Source of the DNA: Bigelowiella natans CCMP2755
Lineage: Eukaryota > Protista > Cercozoa
Length of the DNA stretch: 64,000 nt
Assembly (NCBI GenBank): GCA_000320545.1
Contig: ADNK01001475.1
Location: 37,900 to 101,899, forward strand
Direction: 5' to 3'
Part shown: piece after piece, positions 35,369 through 46,879 of the stretch
Layout of the letters: every line of letters begins with the position of its first letter
Position numbering within the stretch: the stretch's first letter is position 1
The notes under the pieces: generated by a model
Databases searched by the model: none
What the model saw: the letters and a program-made list of their open reading frames with translations, nothing else
What the model was told of the DNA's origin: nothing
Program-made: the position numbers and the translations under genes

Positions 35369-35966
35369 CCACGACACCACACGTCCACAATGACATCGCA
35401 AGCTGACGTCACCAGCCAGTCCAACAGTCAGGCCTCACGTTCAAAAGAACTCCGAACGATCGGTTTGGTCGCTGGCAAGCGAAAGGGGGGAAGACAAGAC
35501 ACACTGCGAAGGAGCCGGGAGACGTTGTGATTGACGGCAAGGAAAAACTCCGAAGCTGGGAAGGGCGCAGCTCCGCAGTTCGAAAAGCAGGCGCGCAGGG
35601 ACGGGTGGCCCCGTGCTTGGCAAACGACGTGGAAGGCAGAGTCCTCCAATTTGAGTCTTTTTGGATGGCACGGCAGCTCATTTGATTTTGTCGTCGCCGG
35701 AACCACAGCATTGGCGTTTTTGTTCGTCGCCTGTTCAGTGTTCCAGTGCGCGTTGCCTGCATCGCGCACAGTGTCAAATCGACGTGAGTGTTTCAGTGCT
35801 TCGTTCCTCCATCATCGTCCTTTCCTGGAACACTTGGAAGTTGTGCACAGAGCAGCTACCTTCCCGTTTGGTGTGAACTTGGTTCTTGAAAGCAGCGCCA
35901 CGTCCTTGTTTGTCGTCGCCCTGTCCTCCGGCCGTGGCGCTTGTCTTTCCCACTCCAGCACTCCAG

Positions 35967-36262
35967 ACTTGGCTCGAGGCACTGCGTTTCGCACTTTGCA
36001 AACGTCTTGCAACGTTTTGGAAGTGTGGTCCATCGTCAAATTTCTTTCTTTCTTTCTTTCTCTCCCGCACCCAGCTCGATGACACCACCGGGTTGCTGCA
36101 CGTGGGAACGACTGTCACGTGCTTGGGGTGGATCAAACTTGGCCTCGACGTTGGCACGATGATTGGACAGAAAAAGAGAGAAAGGAACCATGATGATCAA
36201 CTGCACTTCCGAAGTGTTGCACGACATCAGCAAAGCACGAAACGCAGTGCCTCGAGCTGAGT
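35967..36262. repeat. Imperfect inverted repeat: 72-bp core arms (35967-36038 and 36191-36262) around a ~150-bp spacer; possible MITE/foldback relic
   Basis: The reverse complement of the left arm, tgacgatggaccacacttccaaaacgttgcaagacgtttgcaaagtgcgaaacgcagtgcctcgagccaagt, aligns ungapped to the right arm, tgatgatcaactgcacttccgaagtgttgcacgacatcagcaaagcacgaaacgcagtgcctcgagctgagt (about 16 mismatches, mostly transitions). Confidence 0.8.
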
Positions 36263-36946
36263 TCCAACGAGACTGAACGAACAGACACGCTGGCTGGGGA
36301 CCTGACGATGCAGGCGAAAAAATCCCAGCCGATGGGGTTTGTCGCAAGAGATGAAACACAGGCCCCCCTTCTCAATTCCTTTCTGCGACAAATGAAATGA
36401 ACCAGTTCGGAGAAATGAGAGAGCACTCCACTAATTTTCCGAAAGCAAATCTGCTTTTTGTCTTCAGCTCAAATGCGTGATGTTTCCGGCTAAATTAGCA
36501 GCTTTTTCCAACACATCATCGAAGAACCGTCAGTGCGATTTCATAGCTAAATTGATCAGTGCGGAGCATCAAAGCCGAGAGTTTTTTCACAGAATGAGCC
36601 AAACATTGCACAGAATTGATAAAGTATCATGCGTTTTACTTTTTCCTCTTTCCTCAAGAGCGTGTCTGCGTGATTTCGCGCTTCTATGCAAAGTTTGAAG
36701 GTTGTTTTCAGATCAAGTTGGTGTTTGTAAAGAATTATTTTCCCAAAAAAGGTCGATATTTATTGTTTTTGCCATGTCGTATATTTAAATATTAGGCAGT
36801 CCTGCTTGTTAGGTGAAAACAGATGCAGAATCTACGCCCATTTATATCGTAGTAAACTTTTCATCACGGCCTTTAGCTTCGCTGCGGAGGATCGAGGAAG
36901 TGGAGAAAGCTGGAAAAAGGCGGATTAGGACGAAAGATCAGGAATC

Positions 36947-37674
36947 ATGGCGGAGGACCAGTATGTGTAGCATGGATGCTATATTCTGATATTTTTAAAC
37001 CTTTCGCATTAAACTATTCTACTTTAGCAACACTTTCTATCTCATGACCATTATTAGAATTTGAACGAACTACTTTCTACTTATTCAGGACTAACAACAG
37101 GGTTTTTGTTGGAAACCTAGCATGGGAAGTAAAGTGGCAGGATCTTAAGGATCACATGTCGCAGGCCGGGGAAGTTGAGCGCGCTGATGTTCTCTACCGA
37201 CCTGATGGCAAGTCAAAAGGGGGTGGACTTGTGAGGTTCAAAACCGTGGAGGGCGCTGAGAAAGCAATCAAGGACCTGAATAATACAGAATTAATGGGAC
37301 GTCAGATTTTTGTACGAGAAGATCGCGAGGCTGGTAAAACCAAATCAAAGCCTTACAAGAAGACATCGAAATCCTCTGATTCCAAGGTTCAAGGGGGAGG
37401 AAGGTCTGGTGGCACCCAAAGAGAAGGAGAAGTTTCCGTCTTTGTCGGGAATATTCCATGGCATACGAGGTGGCAGACTATCAAGGATCTATTCCAGAAG
37501 GAGGGAGTTCCTCCAGAGCATGTTGACGTCGGTGAGATTAGAAACGGTCGCTCCCGTGGATTTGCAATCATGAAGTTCGCTTCAAAAGAAGATGCCGAAG
37601 CAGCGATCGAAGCTATGGATGGGCATGACTTAGAGGGACGCGAAATTCAAGTTCGTTTGGATAACAAAGCATAG
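36947..37674 (+). CDS. Two-RRM RNA/ssDNA-binding protein, Gbp2/Hrb1/hnRNP-M/GBP1-like
   Basis: ATG 36947 (MAEDQ), one intron, exon 2 from 37089: RVFVGNLAWEVKWQDLKDHMSQAGEVERADVL..GKSKGGGLVRF (RRM1) and VFVGNIPWHTRWQTIKDLF..GRSRGFAIMKF..AIEAMDGHDLEGREIQVRLD (RRM2). The WQDLKDHM motif is typical of this family. Confidence 0.88.
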
Positions 37675-38049
37675 ATGCAAACTAGGGAAAGTGGGAGATT
37701 GTGGTAGTGCAAGTTCTGGGCATACAAAATACCTCAGCTTTGAATTTTAGGAACAAATATGGAAATTATCAGTATTTTTACTTATAACTCCTTGACTCTA
37801 TCGGACTACAGTTACTGTTTTGTACATACAGTTACTGTTTTGTACATAAATATTCTTGTGCGTGGTAACATGATATCTCGACATTGGTAATAAAGCGCTT
37901 GCTATATTGCATCTTTTGATGCGGCGACAACTAGCAGAGAGGGGGCCAAAAACAAAATAAATAAATGGAATGCTCCAATCTACAATTGCAATGCCAATGT
38001 ATGCATGTATTGCATGTCTATCATCATTTGATGCGAAGTCAACTACATA

Positions 38050-40600
38050 CACGAGTACACGAGCACATTGGCTAGACTTCTAAGACTTCTACTAGCTAGC
38101 TCTAGAACTATGGAGCTAGCTAGGCGGCATTCGCGCTGTTCATTTGCCTGCAAACTCTAGAACTAAGAAACCGGCAAAACACATCGATCATGCACATGAG
38201 GATGACCATGAAACAAATTTGTTCAATTGATCATTGATCACCTCCGTCTCGAAACGAAAATGAAGATTGACTTGCGATGAGATCGATCGAAGCAGGAAAC
38301 ACGCGCGCTCTGTGCTAGCTAGCTGCTGCGCGATGTTCATCATGCGTGAGACCGACATCGAATGAACGTGCAACATGCATGCATGTGCACACACATGCAC
38401 ATCGCATTTGCATGCGATTGCATGATCGAAACACGCATCGCTAGATCGGCGCAGGCACATGCTAGCTGGCAAGCTTACTTGCATGTGTCTCGTCGTTCAC
38501 ACCTTGCCCAAACGTGCAACATCGACACAAAAAGTGAGCCATCTGTATTATATTACTATGTCTATTATCTGTGAAACTAGGTGGTGTTTTTTGACAACTT
38601 TTTGCTCAACGTGCAGCTGTCATTGCGCACTTGCAAATTTGGCCCAATTGAATTTGATCATTTGTGAAAATTCTCAATGTGCGGCACGTGGGAACACACA
38701 AAATCAAATGTCGACATTTTGCTGCGTGTGACCACGCACCAAGTTATCACGTGAAGCAAAGTGTCGACAATTTGACACTCCTGGACTGGTGGACTCGTTT
38801 GACCAGTCCAGCAGTGCCAGAGTGCTTTCAGCACTTTTCATCGTTTTTTGCTGTGCGTGCGCAATTCTGAGCATTCGTGCCAATGGGAGAGTCGTTTTTG
38901 CTTTTTCTTGAAAAAGTGAAAGCTCTGATTTCCCAATTTTGCCCAATTTTCAAAACACAAAAACTGAGGTGTCTCCTCGAGATTTTGGATTTGGGCCCAA
39001 CCACTTGTGCCACGTGTCAAATGGCTCTCGCATCAACAGCTCAGAGGAACAGTTTCCTGCAACTCTTGCTGTGCTTGGAGCCAGTCAGAACCAAAGTGCG
39101 TGAGGTTTTTCTCCTTGCACGGCACGCAGATGGCTCAATTTTGGGCAATGAAAGAGGAATTTCTCGAAAACTGGAACGAGATTGAACACAAAACTTGCAT
39201 CACATCGATTCCGTGCACGTGCGCGTTGCTCCTGCTGGCCTGGCCACACGTGCGCACACGTCATGGCCCCGCTCGTTGCATGGCCCAGTGTTGCACGGTT
39301 TGGGCAAGGTGTGTTGTGCAGCGCCCGGCCGGGCGCGGACTGCAGCAGAGACGCTGTGACCAACGACAGATTCAACACCAGCGCTGCATGGCCGCTGCAC
39401 GCACTTTCCAGCTTTGCTAGATTGCTGGGTTGCACAGCTACGTGAGGATGAACGCCATTGAACAAATGCGGCTCACATTGATTCATCACATCCGTCTTGC
39501 TGGCTTGCATCCATCTTGCATGCATCGATCATCGACATCAATTGTGCATCGCATCGTCACGTGCATGCATTGATTGTTGTCGTTGGCCTGCATTGGAGCA
39601 TGAGTCGAGCCACGCACCCACAATGCTAGCATGGCCTTCCAAATCGCCATGAAAACTTGATTGTTCATTCCGTCGTGGTGACACATCATCAAAAGGTGTG
39701 GATGGAGGTCTCACATGCGCGCAACTTGCATTCACACTCGCTAGCTCGGCGCGGCTACATTGTGTGAGCTTCATGCAGCAGCGCGCTCTGGCGGACATTA
39801 GCATGCCAGCACGTGCTGGTGTGGGCTGCGCAAGATGCTGGCAGCTGTGGCCCCAATGAAGCCAGACTAGCAGAAGCCAGGCATCCGCAGGATGCCCAGT
39901 GTGAGACACTTTTGACTAGGTGCATGTCTAGATGTGCACCACGCGCGCTGGATCACAACTCGCGCTCGCACGCAACAGAAGCAAAGCAAGTTCCTGGACA
40001 CACACACGCAGCAAACGAATGTGCACGCATCAGAGAGTCTGGCACGCACAGCTTTGTCTGAGTGGAAGCTGAGCTGAAAAAGCATTGCGCAGCCGTGTTT
40101 CGCTGTTTGGCGAACGCTTCGATCAACTCATCTCTGCAAAAAAGGGCATGCTAGCATGGACCACTGTGGCAGCATGGAGAGACAAGGCGGCGGAGGGCAT
40201 GCATTCACGGTGTTCATCGAAAAAGCTGATGAGACACATTGTGGCCCTCATGCAAGGTGGCTAGCTTTTGCGCTGCGAACACCACAGCATTCACCTTTCA
40301 ATCAGCGCATGTGATCTCACCATGAGTGCATTGTGCCACTCGATCGCAAGCAGCGAAGACTAATGGGACTGTGCCATCCAGCTACAATGTCGTGTGCACA
40401 AATGGAGCTGTGCATGCATCTACATGCACATGCATGCGTGCATTTTGTGCAACATGAGATGGATGTAGTGACAATGATTAAATGTTTTCAATGTAATGTG
40501 CATACTGCATGTGCAATCCCATCCGAATGTCTGCGCTAGATAGAGGTACACGACGATGCATGCACTAAAACTAGCTAAGTATTTTAAGTACATATATATA
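38050..40600. other. Second strongly TpA-depleted intergenic domain with CTAG survivors
   Basis: Long TA-free runs (e.g. 38750-39410); remaining TA is mostly gctag/actag/tctag; catgcatgcatgtgcacacacatgcac-type tracts; graded return to (TA)-rich sequence at 40560-40690. Confidence 0.9.
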
Positions 40601-40983
40601 TTTATGTAAATGTACAAATGTTTATATGTATGCATACATGACTATTTCTAGATGTGCATACATACATTTACATGTACATCTAGCTAGCATGTATCGGCAT
40701 CCTCAATCTTTTCTCTACGTACGTTACGCATCCTTGATCGTGAAATTCAGTGTTTCGAAGCCATAGATAGACTGAAAATTTCTTTTTTATAACGCAGGAA
40801 GAAGTACATGTCTTTCTTTTTGATGCGTGGAGCAGCTTGGAGTTTGGAAATTCATCACGAAATTGCGCATCTAAGTGGGTGAGTGTTACACCACAAGTAA
40901 AAATAAATATCAGATATTCAGTAGTATACCATGTCCACTACATAGACTAGAGTATATATATACACCGTTTAAAAGATAATAAT

Positions 40984-42007
40984 CTATTATTTTTGTGTAG
41001 TTGCCACCGTTTGATATGATCGCTACATTGGTTCCAATACGACATTACAGTACAGTTATTACCCTCCGGTATGCCTGTCATTATGGTCTCCTCCTAATGA
41101 TGATAGGGAACAGGAATTAGCATCCATAATATTTAGAGAGGATGTGGAACAAACCAATAATAAAAGTGTCAAATGTTGTTTAGAATTCATGATCCTTTTG
41201 CAGCATCAAGTCACGATCATTCAAATGCCAGCAGCACAGATATAACAACCGAATTGCGTAATTTCAAATCTAAGTCGTCTATGTCGATAAGTCTATCTAT
41301 CTCATTGTAGTACACGAATACTAACGTAGTATCATATTGATCGATCATTAAATTTAGTAGTTTTTGTACTAGACTAGTTTTATACTTCTGCTTTTATTTT
41401 TCTTCTTTGTTCTCTTGGTGTTGCTGCTGCTGCCCCTGTTTTTGATGCCATTAGACGATCCCTTTTGATGCAGCCGCTGCTGTTGCTTTTGCTTAGATGA
41501 TCCACGATGTTGATGATGATTGCCTGTTTGCGTGCACCACCACCACCACCAGCAGCAGCAGCACCAAATTACCCACCACACACAGTTAATAATAAAGTTC
41601 ATCAATTATGACAACTAATTCGAACGCTAGTTGGTTCTAATTCTTCTTCTGTTTCTAAAGCACAGTTGTTTACCTCTTCCTCCTCTTCCTCCTCTTCCTC
41701 CCCCCCCTTCTCCTCCTCCTCCTCCCTTACTACGGGTAGTGGTGGTGCTTCTACGATTGACTCCCCTTCGGGATTCAAGATGAATCGCAGGTAGAAGAGA
41801 ATCGATTTTCTAAACACAACCAATCATCATCAATCAGGCTGAGTTCTCCTCCTCCTCAATAATATATATTTAATACTTATTCAATCAAGTGGTCTACCAT
41901 TCAATTTAACAACTTGGTTACGATGATGCTTGATATGCTTTTATTATTATCATTTCACGTTTGGGTACTAGTACAGCCTTGTTAGTGATGATTAGTGATG
42001 AGTTTAA

Positions 42008-42042
<35 letters not shown>

Positions 42043-42078
42043 GTATAAGTATGAGGAGGGTCACCATCTGTAGTTGTA

Positions 42079-42111
<33 letters not shown>

Positions 42112-42258
42112 CTGGGTACTGTCTTACTGTGGTCTGAGAAAGTAGTAGTAGTAATTACGAAATAATATTACCGAAGATAGTTCTTCTGGCATCGCTCTTA
42201 AGCAGCGAGGATACATTGGCTCTCTCCTTTTTAGTTAATTTGTTATTGTAAGTAAGTA

Positions 42259-42298
<40 letters not shown>

Positions 42299-43233
42299 TG
42301 TGTGTGATGTAAACAACATCGTAACGAATCAGAGGATGATGATGAAGAATATGATGATGATGGTGATAAATGAATGATAATAAGGACGTGAAATCCTGTT
42401 GGATAATAATGAATACAAATAAATGACTTGTGGTGGATAATAATGAATACAAATAAATGACTTGTGGTGGTAGGGGGGAAGGGGGGAGAAAAGGGAGATG
42501 ATAGATAGAGAGATAAATAGGAAGAGAGAGAAAGAGGGGAGAAGAATACAAGTGATGAGCATGATCCATCTATCCATCTATCCACCGTTTATCACCACCT
42601 GTCATGTTTGACACACCCTCCCCACTGGTAGCATGCTGTAATCCATTCTTTGCAGAACTCCTCGTGGTATTCTGGGGGAGGATAATTATAATAATATTTT
42701 ACTTTTCATCATCATATAAAAGACGATGATAATGATGGTGATGATTGTGCAAAACCAAAACAACGACAACGACGATAAGCTTTATTGATGTTGTTGGCTG
42801 AGATGGTACCCCCCCCCTCTCTTCTCTTCTTCTTCTTCTTCTCTTCCCTCTTTTGTTGTCTCCTCCTCCTCCTTCCCTCGTCCTCGTTGTCCTCCGCCTC
42901 TCATTGTCATTATAAGAGATTGTATTTCCTTCTTATAATTACCTAGAGCTCCTGTAAGGACTACATCAACATAACTTTGAAGTACAGCTGAAGAGGGACT
43001 AATATAATAATACATAGATATCATGAACATGGAGGGAGGAGGGGGGCAAAAAGAAAAAGAAGGAGAAGAAGAAGATGATCAGCGTGATGAGTTTATTCGG
43101 CTAGAAAGGTTGAGGTGGATGATGGGACCACTCAAAAGCAAAATCTGATACGTGAAAATTGTATATTAGTAGATACACTGCAATACTACTACTACTTCTA
43201 CCACTACCACTACTACTACTACTAATGATAATG

Positions 43234-43266
<33 letters not shown>

Positions 43267-43891
43267 GGCTGTGCGTCGTAATATATTCTGGTACTGCTAC
43301 TCGTTATGTGTAGCTGAGTAAGAAGAACATAGAATCTTGTGGTAAAATCATTTGTAATAATAGCTACTACCTAGGTAATAACCCTACTACCACTACTACT
43401 ACTACTTCTGCTAACTAATATACCACTACTAGAATGATAATCATTATAATACCTGCGTTTTTCCCATGATTTCATCATGTAGATCCAAACATAATGTGTT
43501 GTATCACTTTCATCTGCTGCTGTTGCTTCTTCTGCGTTTATGATTCCGCCCTGCTCCTGCTCCTCCTTCTTCTTATCATCGCCGGCATCCTGAGTAGTGC
43601 TATTACTACTTCTAGACGACTTATTCCTATTATAGTTATCATCCCCGCTATTATTATGTAGCTGTTTTGCAACTTGATCATCGTCGCGATCATCCTTTTC
43701 CTCCTCTGCTACGATTACAGGGCAGCATTCTCTGCCTTCTCGTTTCTTGTCAGGAGCATAATTCTTTCCACCATCTACTGCACCAAAACGTAATGATAAT
43801 AACAATAACAATAATAGTAATGAAACATATTAGAAATACAAGGAAAAATCTATCTCAGCATTGAGATTAGAGCCTATTATTGACCATCATT

Positions 43892-43923
<32 letters not shown>

Positions 43924-44615
43924 TATTTGTTATCATCTATAGCCATAATGACCCATTACCAAGAGAAAACAATCCCTCATAAATGCCCCTCCATCTCCTC
44001 CTCCTCCTCCTCCTCCCCATTATTATTATTATTATTCTTATTCTTATTCTTATGTTTTTATTGTCCCCTTTGCTGCTCATAGCCTCAGTATGATGATGAT
44101 GATGTGTCGTTTCTTCTTCATCTTCTTTTCCATTCTTATCACCACCATCGGTATTCTTTATCTCGCTTTTTGGTTCTTCAATTCCCTGTCGTTGTCTCCT
44201 TCCTTCCCCTCCCCTTCTTTTTTCAATTCTTTCGCTGCTGCATCTTCTTCTTCTTCTTCTTTGATCCTCCTCCTCCTCCTCCTCCTCCTCCCGATTATCC
44301 CATGGAAGTCCTATTATTCAACGAAGAGAGAAACATACAGATGATGGTGCTTGTGATATATCACGAAGACAATATTTGCAGTAGCAACCACAGTTGTGCT
44401 GTAAACAAACAACATACTTGCATATCGCCTTCATAACATATTTCTGAATATAGTAATGATGATTATAATAATTATAATAATAATCATCATCCTCATCCCA
44501 ACGCATGTTAATATCTCTCTCCATTGCCACCTCTACCTCCGCCTCCACAAATCATTATCTACCTCATTAATCAAGTATGGTGTACGGGGAAATAGTACTT
44601 CATCATTGCTATCAT

Positions 44616-44648
<33 letters not shown>

Positions 44649-45546
44649 CTCATGCAAAGAAGCAATTGTTGTAGAGATAGTAAAAATGGTAATTCGTACT
44701 ATCATCCTCGTAGTAATATCGTGATGATTCTGATATTCCAGCAGCAGCAACAGGTGCAGAAGGCCTCCATAAAGATATGTTGTTTAGAGACACTCGTGAT
44801 CGCACGTACTTTGCACCTTCTCTCTGGTCGAATGCACTGATAATTTCTTGTGCATCCTGATAATAATATATGTTATATATCACCAGTAGTAGGGACTTAG
44901 TTGCTTACTCATCATCGGCACCACCACCACCACCACCACCATCATTCATTAACATCGTCCTAACATATCATAATAATAATAACAATAATAATAATAATAA
45001 TAATATACAAACCTTATCCTGAGGAATTTCAAGCATTATCGCAAGTGTCCTGTCCTCTCCCCCCCCTTGCAGCTCGTACCTAGATAATAATAAAACCACC
45101 ACAAAGAAAGCAATAAGAGCAAGAGGAAGACGTTCAGTCACTTATTATTGCCACTTAGGATAAGACACACGATATGACGATAATGATGATGACGACATTG
45201 ATGCCTGAATACTCTCCTCCCCTCACGTTCCTCCTCGTGTTGTCAACCCCCTTTTCATGCTGCTTCTAGATACCAGCCACTACACCAGCTACAATTGCTA
45301 CTAATTACTGCGTTCACATATTACTTTTCTCTATCTTTTCTTTCTTCCTTCCCCTCCCAAATTCGTCCTTTGTTGGAGTGGTCCTCCTTTGTACTGTTTT
45401 GACGTATTTCTACAGTGACTGCAAATGCAGCACCCAGGAAAGTTGCTGTCGGGTATACATTCGACCATCTGTTTTACATTATTACGTGCATATATTGTGG
45501 CGACCCTTTCTTCCTCAATTAACTTCACATATTCTCTCTTCCTCTG

Positions 45547-45632
<86 letters not shown>

Positions 45633-46235
45633 CGTGTGTGTATTTTTTACTTATAATATTGTTTGGCTGCTTTTCACTCCTAATTTTGTTTTTTACCCCA
45701 CTCTAATCCCCTTGACAACGACAGGCCATGCACGTCCTTAAATTAGATTATGTGTAATAAATTAGCTACATTTTCGACTCGAACCACTCTTGTCATCATC
45801 CAATACTTAAGACACACGGTTAGTGACATGTTTACTGAGAACTACTGGCATACATGAAAACTTAACACCGTTATTAGACACCAGATATTACCCAACATCC
45901 CGGTTTTGCCCCTGCTCTCCGTTGACATCAAGCTACCATAAGCAAGAATATATTGCCTTGGTTTGCCTATTTCTTTTGCTTCGCCATGTACTACACCACC
46001 AATTGAAACCCCACCATGCATCTTGCTTCACAACGAAGGCCAAAAGCTAGAATCTAATCAACAAAAGAAGAAGATTAATGGCGGGACAGCAGGAATGAAA
46101 TATTGAAAGAGTGAAACTATGCCCATCTATTGTTATATCTAATGATTCTCGCCGATTATTAATCCCATTACCCAAAAAATAGCGTGTTTGTGCGTTCAAT
46201 CGTTGTATCCGGAAGAAGGCACCTACCACATCCAC
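40984..46235 (-). CDS. Gamma-glutamylcyclotransferase (GGCT/AIG2)-fold protein, multi-exon
   Basis: Exons read QYILAYGSLMSTESR (~45910-45955), RAWPVVVKGIRVG|WSNVYPTATFLGA, EIISAFDQREGAKYVRSRV, HYVWIY, AVLQSYVDVVLTGAL, EYHEEFCKEWITACYQW, REPMYPR. These match the YGSL..SR / DxRE..Y.R / QSYVD..L.G pattern of a GGCT-like subfamily. Both ends are approximate. Confidence 0.65.
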
Positions 46236-46399
46236 TCGAAGTTGTTCAATGTTATTTTTTCACTACCAAGATTGAGGGTTTGTTTTATTCTCCCACGCCT
46301 GTTCTTCACCTATTCGCCTCTAAGCTACCCCCAATTGCACGTCTCCTATGTTCGAGGACGAAGTCCTCAGTGAGCAAAGGACGAGAAGGAAGTACTCGT

Positions 46400-46841
46400 A
46401 TGGACGAAAGGAAGGAGGAGGAGAAGAACGATGTGTCTTTAAAGAGCAAGAACATCGAACTAGGTACTCCAACATTCATGTGTTGTCGTCGTATGATGGA
46501 TGATGCTTGTGCTTGCTTGTTGGACAGAGGTGAAAACACCTAAAAAAGGACATATCGTTCATCTTGATTTCTCAAGACGCAGGAGATAAAGGGCCATGCA
46601 TTTTCAGTTATATTTTTGCAATAAGGATAGGATAGGGTAACCTCTAGATCTAGTGTAAACAAGGACTGATCAGTGTTCAATTCGGGGATGTGAGCGGGGG
46701 AACCTTACACCCATCAACCGAACCACTTTCCACCTTCTTGGAAGGCATTATGAACAGAAAATGCTCCAAACAGTCAGAGACTGGTAAGTTATTTGAAGTC
46801 GTCATTATATTTTACCCGATGTGTTCGGGCACGGTCGCTTG

Positions 46842-46879
<38 letters not shown>

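Noticed and set aside
34735-36430. Dense overlapping ORFs in all six frames suggesting a compact gene or virus cluster
   Set aside because: Explained by the absence of TAA/TAG stops in TpA-free DNA; no recognisable domains (same for 38188-40085).
39130-39230. MKEEFLENWNEIEHKTCITSI resembling the C-terminal helix of Tc1/mariner transposases
   Set aside because: Too short, and I found no DDE/DDD catalytic motifs nearby; cannot support a transposase call.
34600-40560. CpG methylation decay or fungal-type RIP as the cause of TG/CA enrichment
   Set aside because: Both would deplete CG or CA and create TA; here TA is missing and CG (including cgcgcg runs) is plentiful.
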